Of a stretch of DNA of 64,000 nucleotides, positions 12,710 through 25,828 are shown piece by piece. The DNA is from Octopus sinensis (taxonomy: Eukaryota): NCBI RefSeq assembly GCF_006345805.1, contig NC_042998.1, forward strand, positions 122,140,001 to 122,204,000. The letters run 5' to 3'. A program made the position numbers and the translations under genes. Under the pieces are notes generated by a model that made no database searches, was not told the DNA's origin, and was given only the letters and a program-made list of their open reading frames with translations. Each line of letters starts with the position of its first letter. The stretch's first letter is position 1.

Positions 12710-14194
12710 CTCCTTTTCTGTTTGTTTGTTTGTGTGTGTGTATGCATAATCAGACAAGGAGGTAGCTCATTGTTTTGTTGCAAGGTTTTTCATTTCGGTT
12801 ATCAATTATTCTTAACTCAATTCAAAAAACAGAGCTTTTCAAGCAAATCAATAACTCACTAAAATATGCCTGTCTCTTTACCCGTTTCTAACAGAATCTA
12901 TTTTGATGCCAAAATCAGCAGCTTAAACTTTTGGATTTGAAGAACAGTCTTTTGTTTCCTTTTGATATCTACTCAAGTTTTATTTACAGTACCGAATAAA
13001 GTTATTTCCTACCCTTAGGTGAATTTGAACTGATGTAAATTCATTTCAATTGATTCAATGCAACAAAGTTAGAATATACGAACATTCATTAGTAATGTTT
13101 AAATCAAGTTAAACAGAGGTATGTCTTTCTTTTAGAAAACCGTCTGTTATTGTAATTGACTGAAGCATGACAAAGGAGGTTTATTTTAAAAGATTTATAA
13201 TTATTACTTTTTTCTTTTCAACTGTGAAAGTCTATAGATTCCTGGATGCCAGTGCTGGAGATATAGAAAGCAGAACAGACAAAACTCCAGACATAAATTT
13301 TTTCCTTCAATGTATAATATGTCCAAGTTTGTGTTTGTCACCCACCATCCCTTGATAACTGGTGCTGGTTTGTTTACAACCCTGTTACTTAGTTTAGCAT
13401 AAGAAGCTGACAGAATAAGTATTGGGCTTAAAAAAGAAATGTACTGGGGTTAGTTCATTTGGCTGAAACCCTTTAAGCCTTCATGGTTTGCTCCCACACT
13501 GGAATGATATTTTGCCTTTAACTATTGAGAAGCTATAATACACTCAGAAGAAAACTTTCTCACCACATCATAAGCTATACATAATTGAAAAATCTTCAGT
13601 TTTTGATCAACTGTTAAGCCATAATTAGGGCAGTTGACCAAACATGTTACTCATTTAACGTCCCCACCTGGTCCTTGGGTGGAGGGGGTCTAATGAAGTT
13701 TACTCTGCTGCAAACATTTAGCCCAGATTCTCTCTAGTCTGAGAGAATCTGCAAATACCATGGGTATGACCCAACTTCACCTGACAAACATATTAAAAAG
13801 CTACCTCTGAAGCTGACTGCATTCTTAGAACTTACAGTATAAACTCCACTTACACTTTAAACTACAAAAATAACGCTTAATTTTTCACTTCATGTATGCT
13901 GTGTTTCTCTTCTCTTCTCATTTACCATCCTTACTGTGCCTCATCTCCCAGATCTCATACTGAGTACTTTGCCTCCAATCACCCTCTGTCCCCTCACAGA
14001 GCTGTAACCTTCTAGAATTCCTCTCCCATGCATACCATTTAGAGCTGTAACTCACTATATCCTCTTCCACAATGCATTCCAAGATTATTCCTGCAGATGC
14101 TGACATATGGATAATCAAACTGAACATTAACTGCATCAATCTCATAAGTCTCTGCAGAAGTCATTCATGGATACTGCCCCTCCATCTCCCAGGT

Positions 14195-14344
14195 GTAGAG
14201 TGACTGTGTAGTAAGAAGCTTGCTTCCCAATCACATGGTACTGGATTCAGTCTCACTGTGTGGCACCTTGGGCAAGTGTCTTCTACTATAGCCTTGGGCT
14301 TACCAAAGCCTTGATAGCCAGAAACTGAAAGAAGCCCATTGTAT

Positions 14345-14410
<66 letters not shown>

Positions 14411-14690
14411 ATGTATGTACGTATGTATGTGTATATATATATATATATATATACACATGTCTATGTGTGTGTGTTTTTGTGTCTGTGTTTGTTCCCCCAC
14501 CACCACTTGACAACCGGTGTTGGTGAGTTTACATTCCCATAACTTAGCAGTTTGGCAAAAGAGACCGATGGAATAAGTACCAGGGTTAACAAAAAATAAA
14601 AAAAAGTATTGGGGCTGATTCATTCAACTAATAATTCTTAAAGGTGGTGCCCCAGCTTGACCACAGGCTAAAGACTGAAACAAGTAGCAA
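14195..14690 (+). mobile_element. tRNA-derived SINE family A with internal microsatellite
   Basis: Colinear with 2822-3406. Confidence 0.8.
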
Positions 14691-16101
14691 ATTACAGGCA
14701 ACAGTTAATAGATAACCCACAACTACATATTTGCCGAGAGGGAAGAAATAACTGAAGGAATATTTGATAAGCATCTATTGTACCAACTCTAGAAAGATGG
14801 GAAGTAAATTCAACCGTGACATGATTTGAACACAAAACATAACAGTAACTAAAAGCTGCAAGAATATTTGTCCAATATTCTTTTGATTTTCTCCACCCCC
14901 TCCCATCTTCTTTATTGCTCAATAATAATTAAAACAATCTTTCCACCTCTTAAATACATCAGTAGAATTGCTTAAATAACTCCTTAAACTCTCCATTAAT
15001 GGTTTTATTGTACTGCCTGATACATTCTCATTTTTGACCTGTTGACCTACTAGATGTTGCTCATGCCCTTTCACCTGGTGCATGAGGATAAAAAAAAATA
15101 AGAAGGCCATATTTGTATATCATAGCTGAATACAGAAAATAAGGTTGGTTGCAAGTGTTGTCATAGAGGTGATTTTAGTAGTAGCGCTAGTAGTGATCAT
15201 AGTGGTAGTAGCAGTGACTACGGCCCGTGATTAGGTGCAGACTGTGTTATAATAATAATAATAATAATAATGATGATAATAATAATAATAATGATGATAA
15301 TGATTATTATTATTATTATTAAGTGGAGACAGGGTAACACACACACTCACACACAAAAAAAAAACAAAAGACTAATTACATATAAACAATATTTTTTTCT
15401 TTTCATTTTTTTTTACATGTCAGTGGAATAACTGAATATTGGACCATAAGATTGGTTGACCTTTGCTATTGACAGATGTGGGGAAGACAAAGAGGAGCAT
15501 AGTTTCCTGGATATACTTTACTTGAGAAAGTCAGAGACCCATTATGCTACATCGATTTATGTCTCTGCAGAGAGTAGAAATACTCAGCAAATAGGAAAGA
15601 CAAACTTAAGCCAATGAAAGAGACTCACACATAAACAATGTTTAGTGAGTGTGTGTGTGTGTGTGAGAGAGAGAGAGAAAGTGGTGTTTAAATATACATA
15701 TATATGTGAGAGAGAAAGGAGGGGTGCATGAGAGAAAAGAGAGAGAGAGAGAAGAGAAATATGTGACTAAAGTGAATGACAATGAAAGCTTTCTTGATAA
15801 TCAAAGACTTTGTGATAATATATTAACAGTGAATTTCTGATATTTCTTTTGGGTTCTTTCCAACCAGCTCTTCTGTACACATCTTCAACCAACTCATCAG
15901 ATGGATGAAAGAATGTTTCAATCAATAATCAATCTTAATCAATATGTCGGTCACCTAATAGCACAAGAGGGAGGTCAGCAGTGCAGTACAGCTGTATGAT
16001 GGTGGTGGTGGTGGGGTGGGCGGGGGGATGGGGTAGAGAGTGCCGTACAGGAATCAGAGCATATGTTTATAACGATGACCTGTTGTTAGTTCTACACACA
16101 G

Positions 16102-16128
16102 ATGAAGCTATATTCATTTATGATCATG
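16102..16128 (+). other. Candidate 27-nt microexon
   Basis: TGAC branch-like motif at 16076, acceptor ttctacacacAG, donor ATG|GTTAGT; open in phase 1 (xEAIFIYDH) and phase 0. Confidence 0.3.
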
Positions 16129-16403
16129 GTTAGTTAGTTGGGATAGTTAAACCTCTCTCTCTCTCATAAGTGTCTTCTGCATTTTCTGACCTTACCTCAC
16201 TCCACAACAGCAACAACAATACTTCCTTTAAGTGTTCTTAAAAGTTCTGCAGGGAATTAATAGATGCTATTGCCAGCTGTTATAGAACAAGTAAATCTGA
16301 AAAGCCAGTTTTGGGTTCTACAGCTATTAATGGTCTGACTCTTTTGAATTACATACACTCACATATGTGTGCCTGTATACACACATGTACACACACGCAC
16401 GCG

Positions 16404-16436
<33 letters not shown>

Positions 16437-17082
16437 TTCTCTGGTTTGTATTTCTATTATACTTCCTTGTCAGTACAACACTGTTACATCCTCTTTGATC
16501 ATTCTGTTTCTTGTCACACCTGTCCAATTGTTCCTTACATTGACTGTCCATTCTTCTGTTCCAGCTGACTGCTCATGTCTTATTGCATCTGTCATCTATC
16601 AAAATGAATAATTTAGTCTCCCATCATCCTTGCCCTATCACACATTATAAATTCATTCAACTCTTATCAAACCATCTTCTGTCACATATTATCCATTCAT
16701 CTTCTATCACATGTCACCTACTGTCTTTCATCACAAAGTCAGTTATCTAACCATTTCCTCCATTACATCCTTCACATACTTCATATCTCAATCACAATAC
16801 ATCTGCAATACATTAATGTTGATTTTTTTTAACCTTCAAACAAAAAAAAATGTAAGGTTTTCAAAGTCTCTGGTTTTATGGTGAATTAAAGTATATAATT
16901 TTGGCAGCCTATCGATAAAATTTATGTCATAATATTCCCAAATGATTTGGTACCCATTTCCAACAGCAAGGTAAACAAAGGTTATTTAGATGACAAAATG
17001 AAATACTAATGAAATACTGGTCTGTACTGATTGGTGTTGTCTAATATTGGCTGGCACTCAATACTGGTCAGCATTGGATCAC

Positions 17083-17310
17083 GACTGGTATTGGTTAATA
17101 TTGCAGTGGACTGTTGTTAGGAAGTATTGGCAAGAAACTGGTATTGGTGAGTACTTGCTGGAGACTAGTGTTGGTCAGTATTGGTAGGAAACTGGTACTG
17201 GTCAATATTAGCAGTGGACTAGTGTTGGTCAGTATTGGTCAAAGACTAGTGATTGTCAATGCTGGCAGGAGATTGATGTTGGTCAGTACAGACAGGGGAC
17301 AGATACTGGC
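17083..17310. repeat. 27-bp minisatellite, ~8.5 units
   Basis: Unit starts at 17109, 17136, 17163, 17190, 17217, 17244, 17271, 17298; consensus (g/a)actRgtRttggtcagtattggcagga. Confidence 0.9.
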
Positions 17311-18270
17311 AGAATTTCAGTGTCAGCTTAACTGCCATAAATCAGTCCCAAATAGTTAGCAATAAAACAAAACACACAAAACCCAACTATAGCATAAATG
17401 TTTAGTAAAGTTTTCCAGATTAGATATTGTGGAAATTCATTTTCCAAAGAACTGCTTTATTTGAAATGTTGGAATTCTCTTCTTACAAAAGGCTAATATT
17501 ATATATTTTGCTAAGAAAACTTTATCAAAACACCTAAAATTAAGTGTCCACTCCAAATAAATGCCTCTATAGTGGTTTTTACCTCTAGATCTACCAAGAT
17601 GGTTACACAATAGTATCTTATCATCTTACTAAATCACTTCTATTCCATATGATTTCGGTACAAGTAAAACTAAACTATAACAATTAATTCCAACAAGCTA
17701 ATAATAAACACATAAACACACAAATTCACATTCAAAGATTAATACATATACAAGGCTAAAACTAACATATCTCTTTTCACAAGCTATTTTGATATTTTCC
17801 ACTTTGCAATGAGATTTTTAGAGAGTACTTTAAATACAACTATCTGAAACATTAACCCTTTGAGATTCTAATTCATTATCAGCATCATCATTATTGTTGG
17901 TGGGTGTGCATGCATGCATGTTGGCATGCTTCTCTGATTAACAGCTGGCACCCACCCCTTGTGCCCTACCTTTTGCACCCACTCTCCCCCAGTTTACTCC
18001 ACATTATCCACCCCTTCATGCTGGAATGGAAAAAATCAATCAGTTTTTCTTTTTTGTTTTTTTTTTGTTTTTTTTTGCACATGATATTGATGTCAGCTTA
18101 CTTCCCAGAGTTTTTCATTTCCAATCATTTTTATGAATCAATAGTGCAGGTTTATATCGGTAGCAATATTAATGTGTTAGGAAAGATTGAACATGTCACA
18201 CTGACAGCAAGCATCATAAATGACACTGACACCTTGCATCTTCGAAAAGAAAGAAAAATAAAAGGAGTGG

Positions 18271-18306
<36 letters not shown>

Positions 18307-19486
18307 ATATATTGTGTGTGCTTGCTGTTGGACCATAGCTTTATGATAAATCAACGAATTTCAAAAAATATAATCAGTATTCAGTTTTCATAGATAAATG
18401 TTATATAATAGATTGAATTAAAATTTAGATAAGAAGTGAGTGTACACGTATGTAAGCACTTGTATATATTTGTGTATGTGTGTGTGTGTGAGAAAGAAAG
18501 AGAGAGAGAGAGCATGATGAGTGTGTGTAAGTCTCAGTAGAGCAGGCATGACAGAGTGGTTAAGAGGTTTTCTTTCTGATCATGAGCTTCCACGTTCAAT
18601 TCAAATTGTACAGTACTTCAAGTCAAGTCTCTTCGATCATAACCTTGGGTTGACTCAAGTCTAACCGAATGAAATGCAGTAGAAAGAAACAATGGAAGCC
18701 ACTTAGGAAGATTGTACAGGTAAGTCAGACACATCACACACTGCATCATATCGCATCTGTCTGAGGATTATGTGAAGGGTACAAGAGTCAGAGAAATACT
18801 TAACCACTTACACTATAATTCGATAGAGTAGGAAGTTCCATTGATCGAATAACTGGAGCACTTAGCACTGAAACTGATGCAAGATCCATCAAATGTTTCA
18901 ATGTAGAATAACAGGAAGAACTAAAGAGTTACTAGCAATAGTGTTAACCTGAATCCTATAGAGTTAAGTTAAATTACTGAGAGATTTTTGATTCATCACC
19001 ACTTATATATGATGGTTACTTCATATATAAAATGCTTCTTTCTCTCTATAATTAGTTGCTTCACACATTCATTGATCCGTATCGAAAGAAGACAGAGAAG
19101 AATCATATATCATAGTCTATCCGTGTGTGTGTGTGTGTGTGTATGTGTGTGTGTGTAAATATGTATGTATATAATTATTTGTAGGTAGACATACATACAC
19201 ACATATATATATATATATATATATGTTTACACACACATATACTCCTGATGGTGGTACATAATATATTCTAATGTAGGAAATTATTGATACATACTCAATG
19301 TTTCCAGTTAATATGATACTGTTAATCTGTCTCTGCCTGTCTGTTTGTCTCTGACTATCTATATATCCACACACACACTCACACACCATTATCATCATTA
19401 TATGTCTGCTTTCCATGCTTGCGTGTGTATGAGTGTATGTACCACTATCTGTGTGTGTGTGCGTGTATATATATAAACAAATGCAA

Positions 19487-19525
<39 letters not shown>

Positions 19526-21789
19526 TGTTTATTTTTTTGTCATTTGCTCACCTTCACCAGATTGTCTGATGAAGGCAAGCAAGCTGAAACTTTGAAATCA
19601 GTGTCAACCTTTTCCATGTAAAAGTCATTTTACTATGATATGGTTTTGGCTTCAGTCTTACAATGTGACATCTCGGGTAGGTGTCTAGATGAATTACTTG
19701 AAATGTAGCTTGTGATGTACACATCTTGTTTATGCAGTCCATTTTGGTATAATTTTTTAATGGCTGGATGCCCTTCCTTTTGCCAACCACTTTACAGACT
19801 GTACTAGATGAATTTTTTTAGTGGCACCAACACCAGAATGGTTTTCTCTCTAACCTATGTCAGTTCCTTGACAGATTTGCAGTCATCCTAAATAGGTAGC
19901 CCTGTTGATGAGGGATGACCTGCATCTAACCCTTCAGGGCTTTTTATCTGTATGTTCTATTAATGTAGGCTAGAGGAGAGTCTTAGTTACTAAATGAAAA
20001 GATGAAATGATGGTGATCTGAGGTGGCTTGGTATACAGCTGTGTGGGTAGGACCTGAAAAAGTATTGTAGGCAGCTTGAACTGAATTTGTCACCATTGAA
20101 ATGCATATTGAGAAGTTCTGAAGAAATTAAGAGGAAGCTGTAACATGTGTTGAGGTAGGGAGAGAGGAATTTAATAACTGAGGGGCTGAGAGTAGCTGTC
20201 TAAGAGTACTGTGCATAAAGGTTTCTTCTGTTGTGTCAGAAGGGATCTTATGACAGAAGTCTGAGAATGAGAGTTGTATCTGTCATATTATATAGTCTAC
20301 ATGATAGGCTTTATAGAAATTGGTGATGGAAATACTGGTGAGAAAAACAAAAGCATACATTTTTCACTGGTCTTCTAACATTGAACTAAAGATGTTTGTT
20401 AAGATTGCTAAGAAGGAAATCATATCTTTGTTGACATGCCTTAACATAAACTAAATATATTTGCTGATATCACCAAAAAAGAAAGCATATAGTCATCTAA
20501 ATTCTTTGTTTCACTTTTAGATGAACTGGTCTTACATTTTGGTGTCAAAACTATGAGGATATCTAATAAGATAACTAAGGATAACATGTAGTGTGTATTT
20601 TGTTCTTTTGTTGTTGTCACCAACCCCATATATATATATATTTTCATATGTGAGGAGTTTGTTCAAATTTTGTAAAGGATTCCAATTTCTACAAACATTT
20701 AAAGCTAAATATTATAAGTATTTACCCACAAATACTAATGATAGACTATTGGTACCTAATACCCACCCTAATAACTTTTTTACAACGAGACTGATTGTTT
20801 CATTGAGTGGAGAGAATTTAAGGACCCCTACACGAGAGAAGTGCGCCAACAATGATATATATTATCAGTGATAGAAGCTAAGTTGTTAACCCTTCATCAG
20901 CTACTAAGTAGACGCTCTGATGATTTGGACGAGATTGTTTTAGTGAAGGTGTAAACATCCTAGCAGAAAAAGCAGCATTAGATCTCATGACCTAGTATGG
21001 TGGTTTTCTTTTTGATGAAGGTTTTAAGATTTTTCAGTTATTTACGAAGCAGCGGTAGATCTTAACGTTGATATTTCTTCAAGAGAACTGCCAGAGTCTA
21101 TAAAAATCAATGGTGTTATAGACGAGAAGTGAAGATAGTATTTATTTATTTATTCTTGGTTTCCGATAATCTTCAGTACAACCTGCAAATTGTGCTGACT
21201 TGATTAATATAAAACGAAATTGAAAAATTATCTATTCATCTATCAAAATCACATGCACACATAGACATACACTCATACACACTTTCACAAACACACACGC
21301 ACACACATAGATATATATGTACATTGACCATTAACCATAGACAATCACATACATATAAAAATAATTGTACACAAACACTTGCTAATAATGCTAGTACATA
21401 CATACACTCAAATCGAAACATACCAACACATACTGTCTCTCACACACACACACACATAGCTGAACACAAATCTTCTAAGATTCAAATTCATAGATGAGAA
21501 AACAACATATACACATACCTACAAATACACACCCCTATAAACTCACACCAATAAACACACACACCTTTGAGCACATATAAGAACAAACATACACAAAGAA
21601 ACCCCCAGACTTAAACATACTGACACCCACAAACTCTCTCTCTCTTTCCCACCACACAACAAAAACAAAAAACAACAACAATGCTATATAATAGCCTAGA
21701 CAATAAAGCATGATTCCTCTGCTGTAGTTTTGCCAATTGAGATTTCACTCAGTTTGCTGCCTGCATTTAATTGAATGATTCTATCAGAG

Positions 21790-22290
21790 CTGGGTAGATA
21801 TCTGGGGTGGGCTGGGTATTGAGAAGGGGAAGACATTACTGTAGTCTAGAATGGATATCGGGGTGGATTGGATGGTGGGAGTGGCTTGGTCAATGAAGTG
21901 ATTTAAGGATGTGCATGTGGGTGAACTGAATGCTCAAGTGGATGAACATTAGAGTGGTTTGAGCATGAGGGATGGACAATGAGGTTGGCAAGAAATTGAA
22001 ATGAGTGAGCAACCATCATATTGAGATTGGGAATAGCCATATAATAAAGAGAGATTGGTGCTAGACTATAAACAAGAGAAATGGTTGAACATTGGGGTTG
22101 GTAGAGACGGACAATCACATGGACTAAATTTTGATGAGGACTGGTTATAGAAATAGGTGGTGACTGGACATTGCAGTGAATGGTTTCTGTCAGGACATAA
22201 GAGTGGACTGGACATTACTGTACATTGGGATGGAACATTGGAGATGAAAATTAAGATGGATTATACATTGATATCAGTTTGGTCGTTGGA
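21790..22290. repeat. Highly degenerate G-rich tandem repeat
   Basis: Recurring ggacattactgta...ggatggaacattgg-like motifs. Confidence 0.45.
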
Positions 22291-23068
22291 GCATTATAAT
22301 AGAACTAGAGATTAATGCAGTATGTTAAGATATTTCTGCCTATATTAGAGATTCGTGACACAGACATATAGACAACAGATATATGTGTGTGTGTATGTGT
22401 GTTTGTATGTATATATATATATATTGGGAGAGAGAGAGAGAGAGGCAGATTTTTTTTATTAACCTTTACAGTGTGTATCCCCGTTTTAGCATAAATGCAC
22501 CATGTGTTGTAAGAGACAACTAAAATAGTTGGCAACAGGAAAGGCATCCTACCATATAATACTGGCTCAGTAGAAAAAACAACAAAAAACAAAACCCCCT
22601 GTCAGCTTGCAAAAAGCAGACCATAAAGTGCAGATGCTGCTGATTTTCATTCTTTTTATCAGACTGCGAGATATCAATTACTGCATTATATTTTACAATG
22701 AAGCGTTTGCAATACAAAGTAACATATAATCTGCTTGACTTTGTCTAAGCACTGATATGCATCTATGGGTGAACAGCTTTATCAACCTCCATTACCCCTC
22801 CCCAAGATAAATTAAAAGCTCAGATGGGAAAAATAAACACAGAAGTAGAAAACGCATCCAGTGGATTTGAACTCAAGAGGAAGGAGTAGCTAGTACTTCA
22901 ACTCCTTATCCACTCAATGATTTAATTTTCTAACATCTCTGCTAGGAAAAAAACAGAAAAGAGTTACATTTCAGTTACATTAGAAAAATAACTCCTACTT
23001 CCAGACTGACAACAATGATAAATACACAAAATAAAATGCTACAGTGCAAAGAAAAGAAAATTCAACTG

Positions 23069-23118
<50 letters not shown>

Positions 23119-24504
23119 TCTGTTTTTTTTTTGTTTTTGTGTTTAAATTGCATGGAATTGCAGTTGAGAAAACAATAGGAATATGGTTTTACAATTGTTC
23201 CCTAACAGCATAATAGTTTAATATATTGCGATTTTTGCAGTAAGGACTCGCATTCGCAATTTACAGATAGCTGAAAAATGGTTTGAGATAACACCACCAA
23301 CAATGGTGACAAAAGCAACTCAACAAAAACAACAGCAACAACAACAACAACAACAAGAACAGCAGCAGCAGCATTAACAACAAAAGAATGAAATATATTT
23401 TCATGATTTAATTAACTTTAGATAGAAGAGAGAGGGAGAGAGAAGGGGGGAGAGAGAGAGTAGACAGAGGAAGAACTAAGAAGAAAGCAAGTAAGAAAAG
23501 ACTTTCAAACGAAAGTGGTGGTAATGGTGGTGATGAATGTGAATAACTAGAAAGCAACAAATAAAAATAAAGCAAAGAGTGTAAACAATGATAAACACAT
23601 GAAAATGGAAATATATTTTAATAGGGAAATATGAAAAGCAACAAAAAAAAAGCAAGCAAACAAAAACTGGCATTACTTGGGGAATAATTGGAATATGTGA
23701 GAGGGGGATGGGGGAGTGGAAGGTGATTATGGTGTGATGTGTTTGGGCAGAAGTGATGTGTATAGTTAACTGTAAGGTGTTGGATTTAGGAGTAAGGTGT
23801 GAGGTGATATAGGGCAGTTATGGAATGGAGGAGACAGTCTGGGTCCAATGGGAGAAATTCATCATGAAGGGAGGAGTGAAGAATTTATAAAAGTGAGAAA
23901 GAAGAGAGAGTGAGATGTAGTGTAGTGAGAGGAGGAGGAGCTTAGAGAGAGTTAATTGGAAAGATTGCCAACTCAGCATCTTTAAGATTCGGATGCTGAG
24001 TTGTGCTGTAAGTGATTTAACAAATTTGAATAGAAGAGGCAGGATGCTATTCTCTCTCTCTCTCTCTTGTAAATTTATTTTGGTAATATTCTTACATCCA
24101 TATGGCAAAAATGTAAATATATTTTCGAAACATTATGGGGCATTGAAAGATGGTATTAAGTTCTATTAAGTGGATGATCTTGGATGACATCAGTATATGT
24201 CAGTACATTCCAAAAGGATCTGGTTCCAGCCCTTAACCAAACTAAGAAGTGCTGCCCAAATACACAAGAAAATTGAATGTAATACAAATGTGATGGTAGT
24301 TGAATGCCATCCACTTTCTCACTTTACTTCCACTCCTATATACGTCACCAGAAGCAAGTAGTAAATCCACATGAAGTTAATGAAATACTAGAAACAGCAG
24401 TGAGTATAAACTATCATATGTATGAACAACTACACTATTGGAAGGTTTTCCAGCAGCTACCAAACAACATTGCACTACCTCAAACAAATAAGGAAATCAA
24501 TACA

Positions 24505-24680
24505 TAAATGGTCCTGCTACCTGCTAGAAATAGGAGTTAAATTTCTCTCAAATTACACCATATTGTTATTAAAATAGAAAAGGACAGAATCATTGGTAAT
24601 ATGGTCCTACATACTTGTATGGCTGAAATGCCCCTTAACATCAGTCTGTTTGATCATAGCTGGCTCAGGGCTAAACAACA
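24505..24680 (+). repeat. Unclassified dispersed repeat family
   Basis: acctgctagaaata..ccaaat...ggctaaacaac; related copies near 612-740, 29290-29360, 44450-44645, 50100-50280, 52170-52345 and 53385-53570. Confidence 0.6.
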
Positions 24681-25077
24681 TGCCACTCTAAATGTTTATG
24701 AATGGGTTGTTTGAAAAACTAATTAAGGACATATTGGACATATCTATATCTAACACATTCTCTTACCTACAATTGCAAGAAATACAAACACGACAACACA
24801 AATATAACAAAAACAACTAATGAAGAGTCTAAAAAAACACTACCCAATCAATAAACATGAAAAGCCAACCAATGAACAAATACAATCACTTGACCAAGGA
24901 GTGTAAGTATACCATCAAGATCAAGTTGTATCAGGTCTTGCCTGAGGATCACAGTAGCATTAAACTCAAGTTGTAAGACAAAGTTTCAATTTCAATAAAA
25001 AAAAAACCCATATCCTCTACAATATGCACAGAGCACTTCCATTCCACTTTACATAAATCAATATATATATATACATA

Positions 25078-25380
25078 TCATCATCATTTAACATCCACCT
25101 TCTATGCCAGCATGGGTGCGATGGTTTCACAAGAGCCAGCCAGGCCGAAGCCTGCATAAGACTTCAGTAACTGTTTTGGCAGGATTTTTTTTTTACAGCT
25201 AGATGCCCTTCCTAACACCAGCCACTCATATATGTATGTATGTGTGTGTATATATATCATCATCATCATCAGCATTGTCGTTCAATGTCTACTTCCATGC
25301 TGGCATGGGTTGGATGGTTTGACTGAGGGTTGGCGAGCCAGAAGGCTGCACCAGGCTCTAATCTGGCAGAGTTTCTACAG
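25078..25380 (-). mobile_element. Two tandem RTE-type 3' tail fragments
   Basis: (ATC)n followed by ...ttccatgctggcatgggttggatggttt... at ~25078 and ~25258. Confidence 0.7.
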
Positions 25381-25585
25381 ATCTGAGAAATCTTTTATGG
25401 TAGCAGAAAAGGCATTTTAACTCCTATTTGTAAATTCGGTGCATGGCGAAGCTATTAGCTGACCCCTGATTATAATTACGTTTATAATTATAGAATAGTT
25501 GTATATGTATGTAAATAAGATATGTGGTGCATTGCTATACTTAAGAAGACCTGCCCAACATAACACAATTGAAATCCTAAAACCA

Positions 25586-25828
25586 AGGTGCCATGTAAAA
25601 AAGCATTGGTGTGGGTATTGGTATCATGTAGAAAGTGCTGGTGCAACATAAAAAGTACCCAGTACACTCTGTAAAGTGGTTGGCATTAGGAAGGACATCC
25701 AGCCATAGAACCATAGAAACCAAACTAAAACAGATTATGGAATCTGGTGTGGCTTCTGGCCTTGCTAGTTCCTGTCAAGTCATCCAACCCATGCCAGCAT
25801 GGAAAACAGGCATTTAATGTTGATGACA
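25586..25828 (+). mobile_element. RTE-type 3' tail fragment
   Basis: gtggttggcattaggaaggacatccagcc...caacccatgccagcatggaaaac. Confidence 0.7.

Noticed and set aside
15857-15904. Minus-strand CTGATGA...GAAA
   Set aside because: No stem II or stem I pairing, so not a hammerhead. CTGATGA at 35502 (RTE UTR variant) and 61002 (antisense of Penelope RT) were rejected likewise.
17083-17310. CRISPR-like periodicity
   Set aside because: Contiguous tandem units with no unique spacers, no cas genes and a eukaryotic context.
17907-17930. TGCATG (Rbfox-type) motif clusters, also near 30560 and 31600
   Set aside because: Arise readily from decay of TG/CA microsatellites.
18097-18270. Frame YFPEFFISNHFYESIVQ...TASIINDTD faintly resembling a cadherin repeat
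   Set aside because: Lacks DxNDN, VxEN and LDRE motifs and runs into (TA)n; the resemblance is too weak to call.
19840-21230. Possible very old LINE/Penelope debris (also 13900-14190, 24130-24480 and 27850-28480)
   Set aside because: Only isolated motif hints; family and boundaries cannot be supported by eye.
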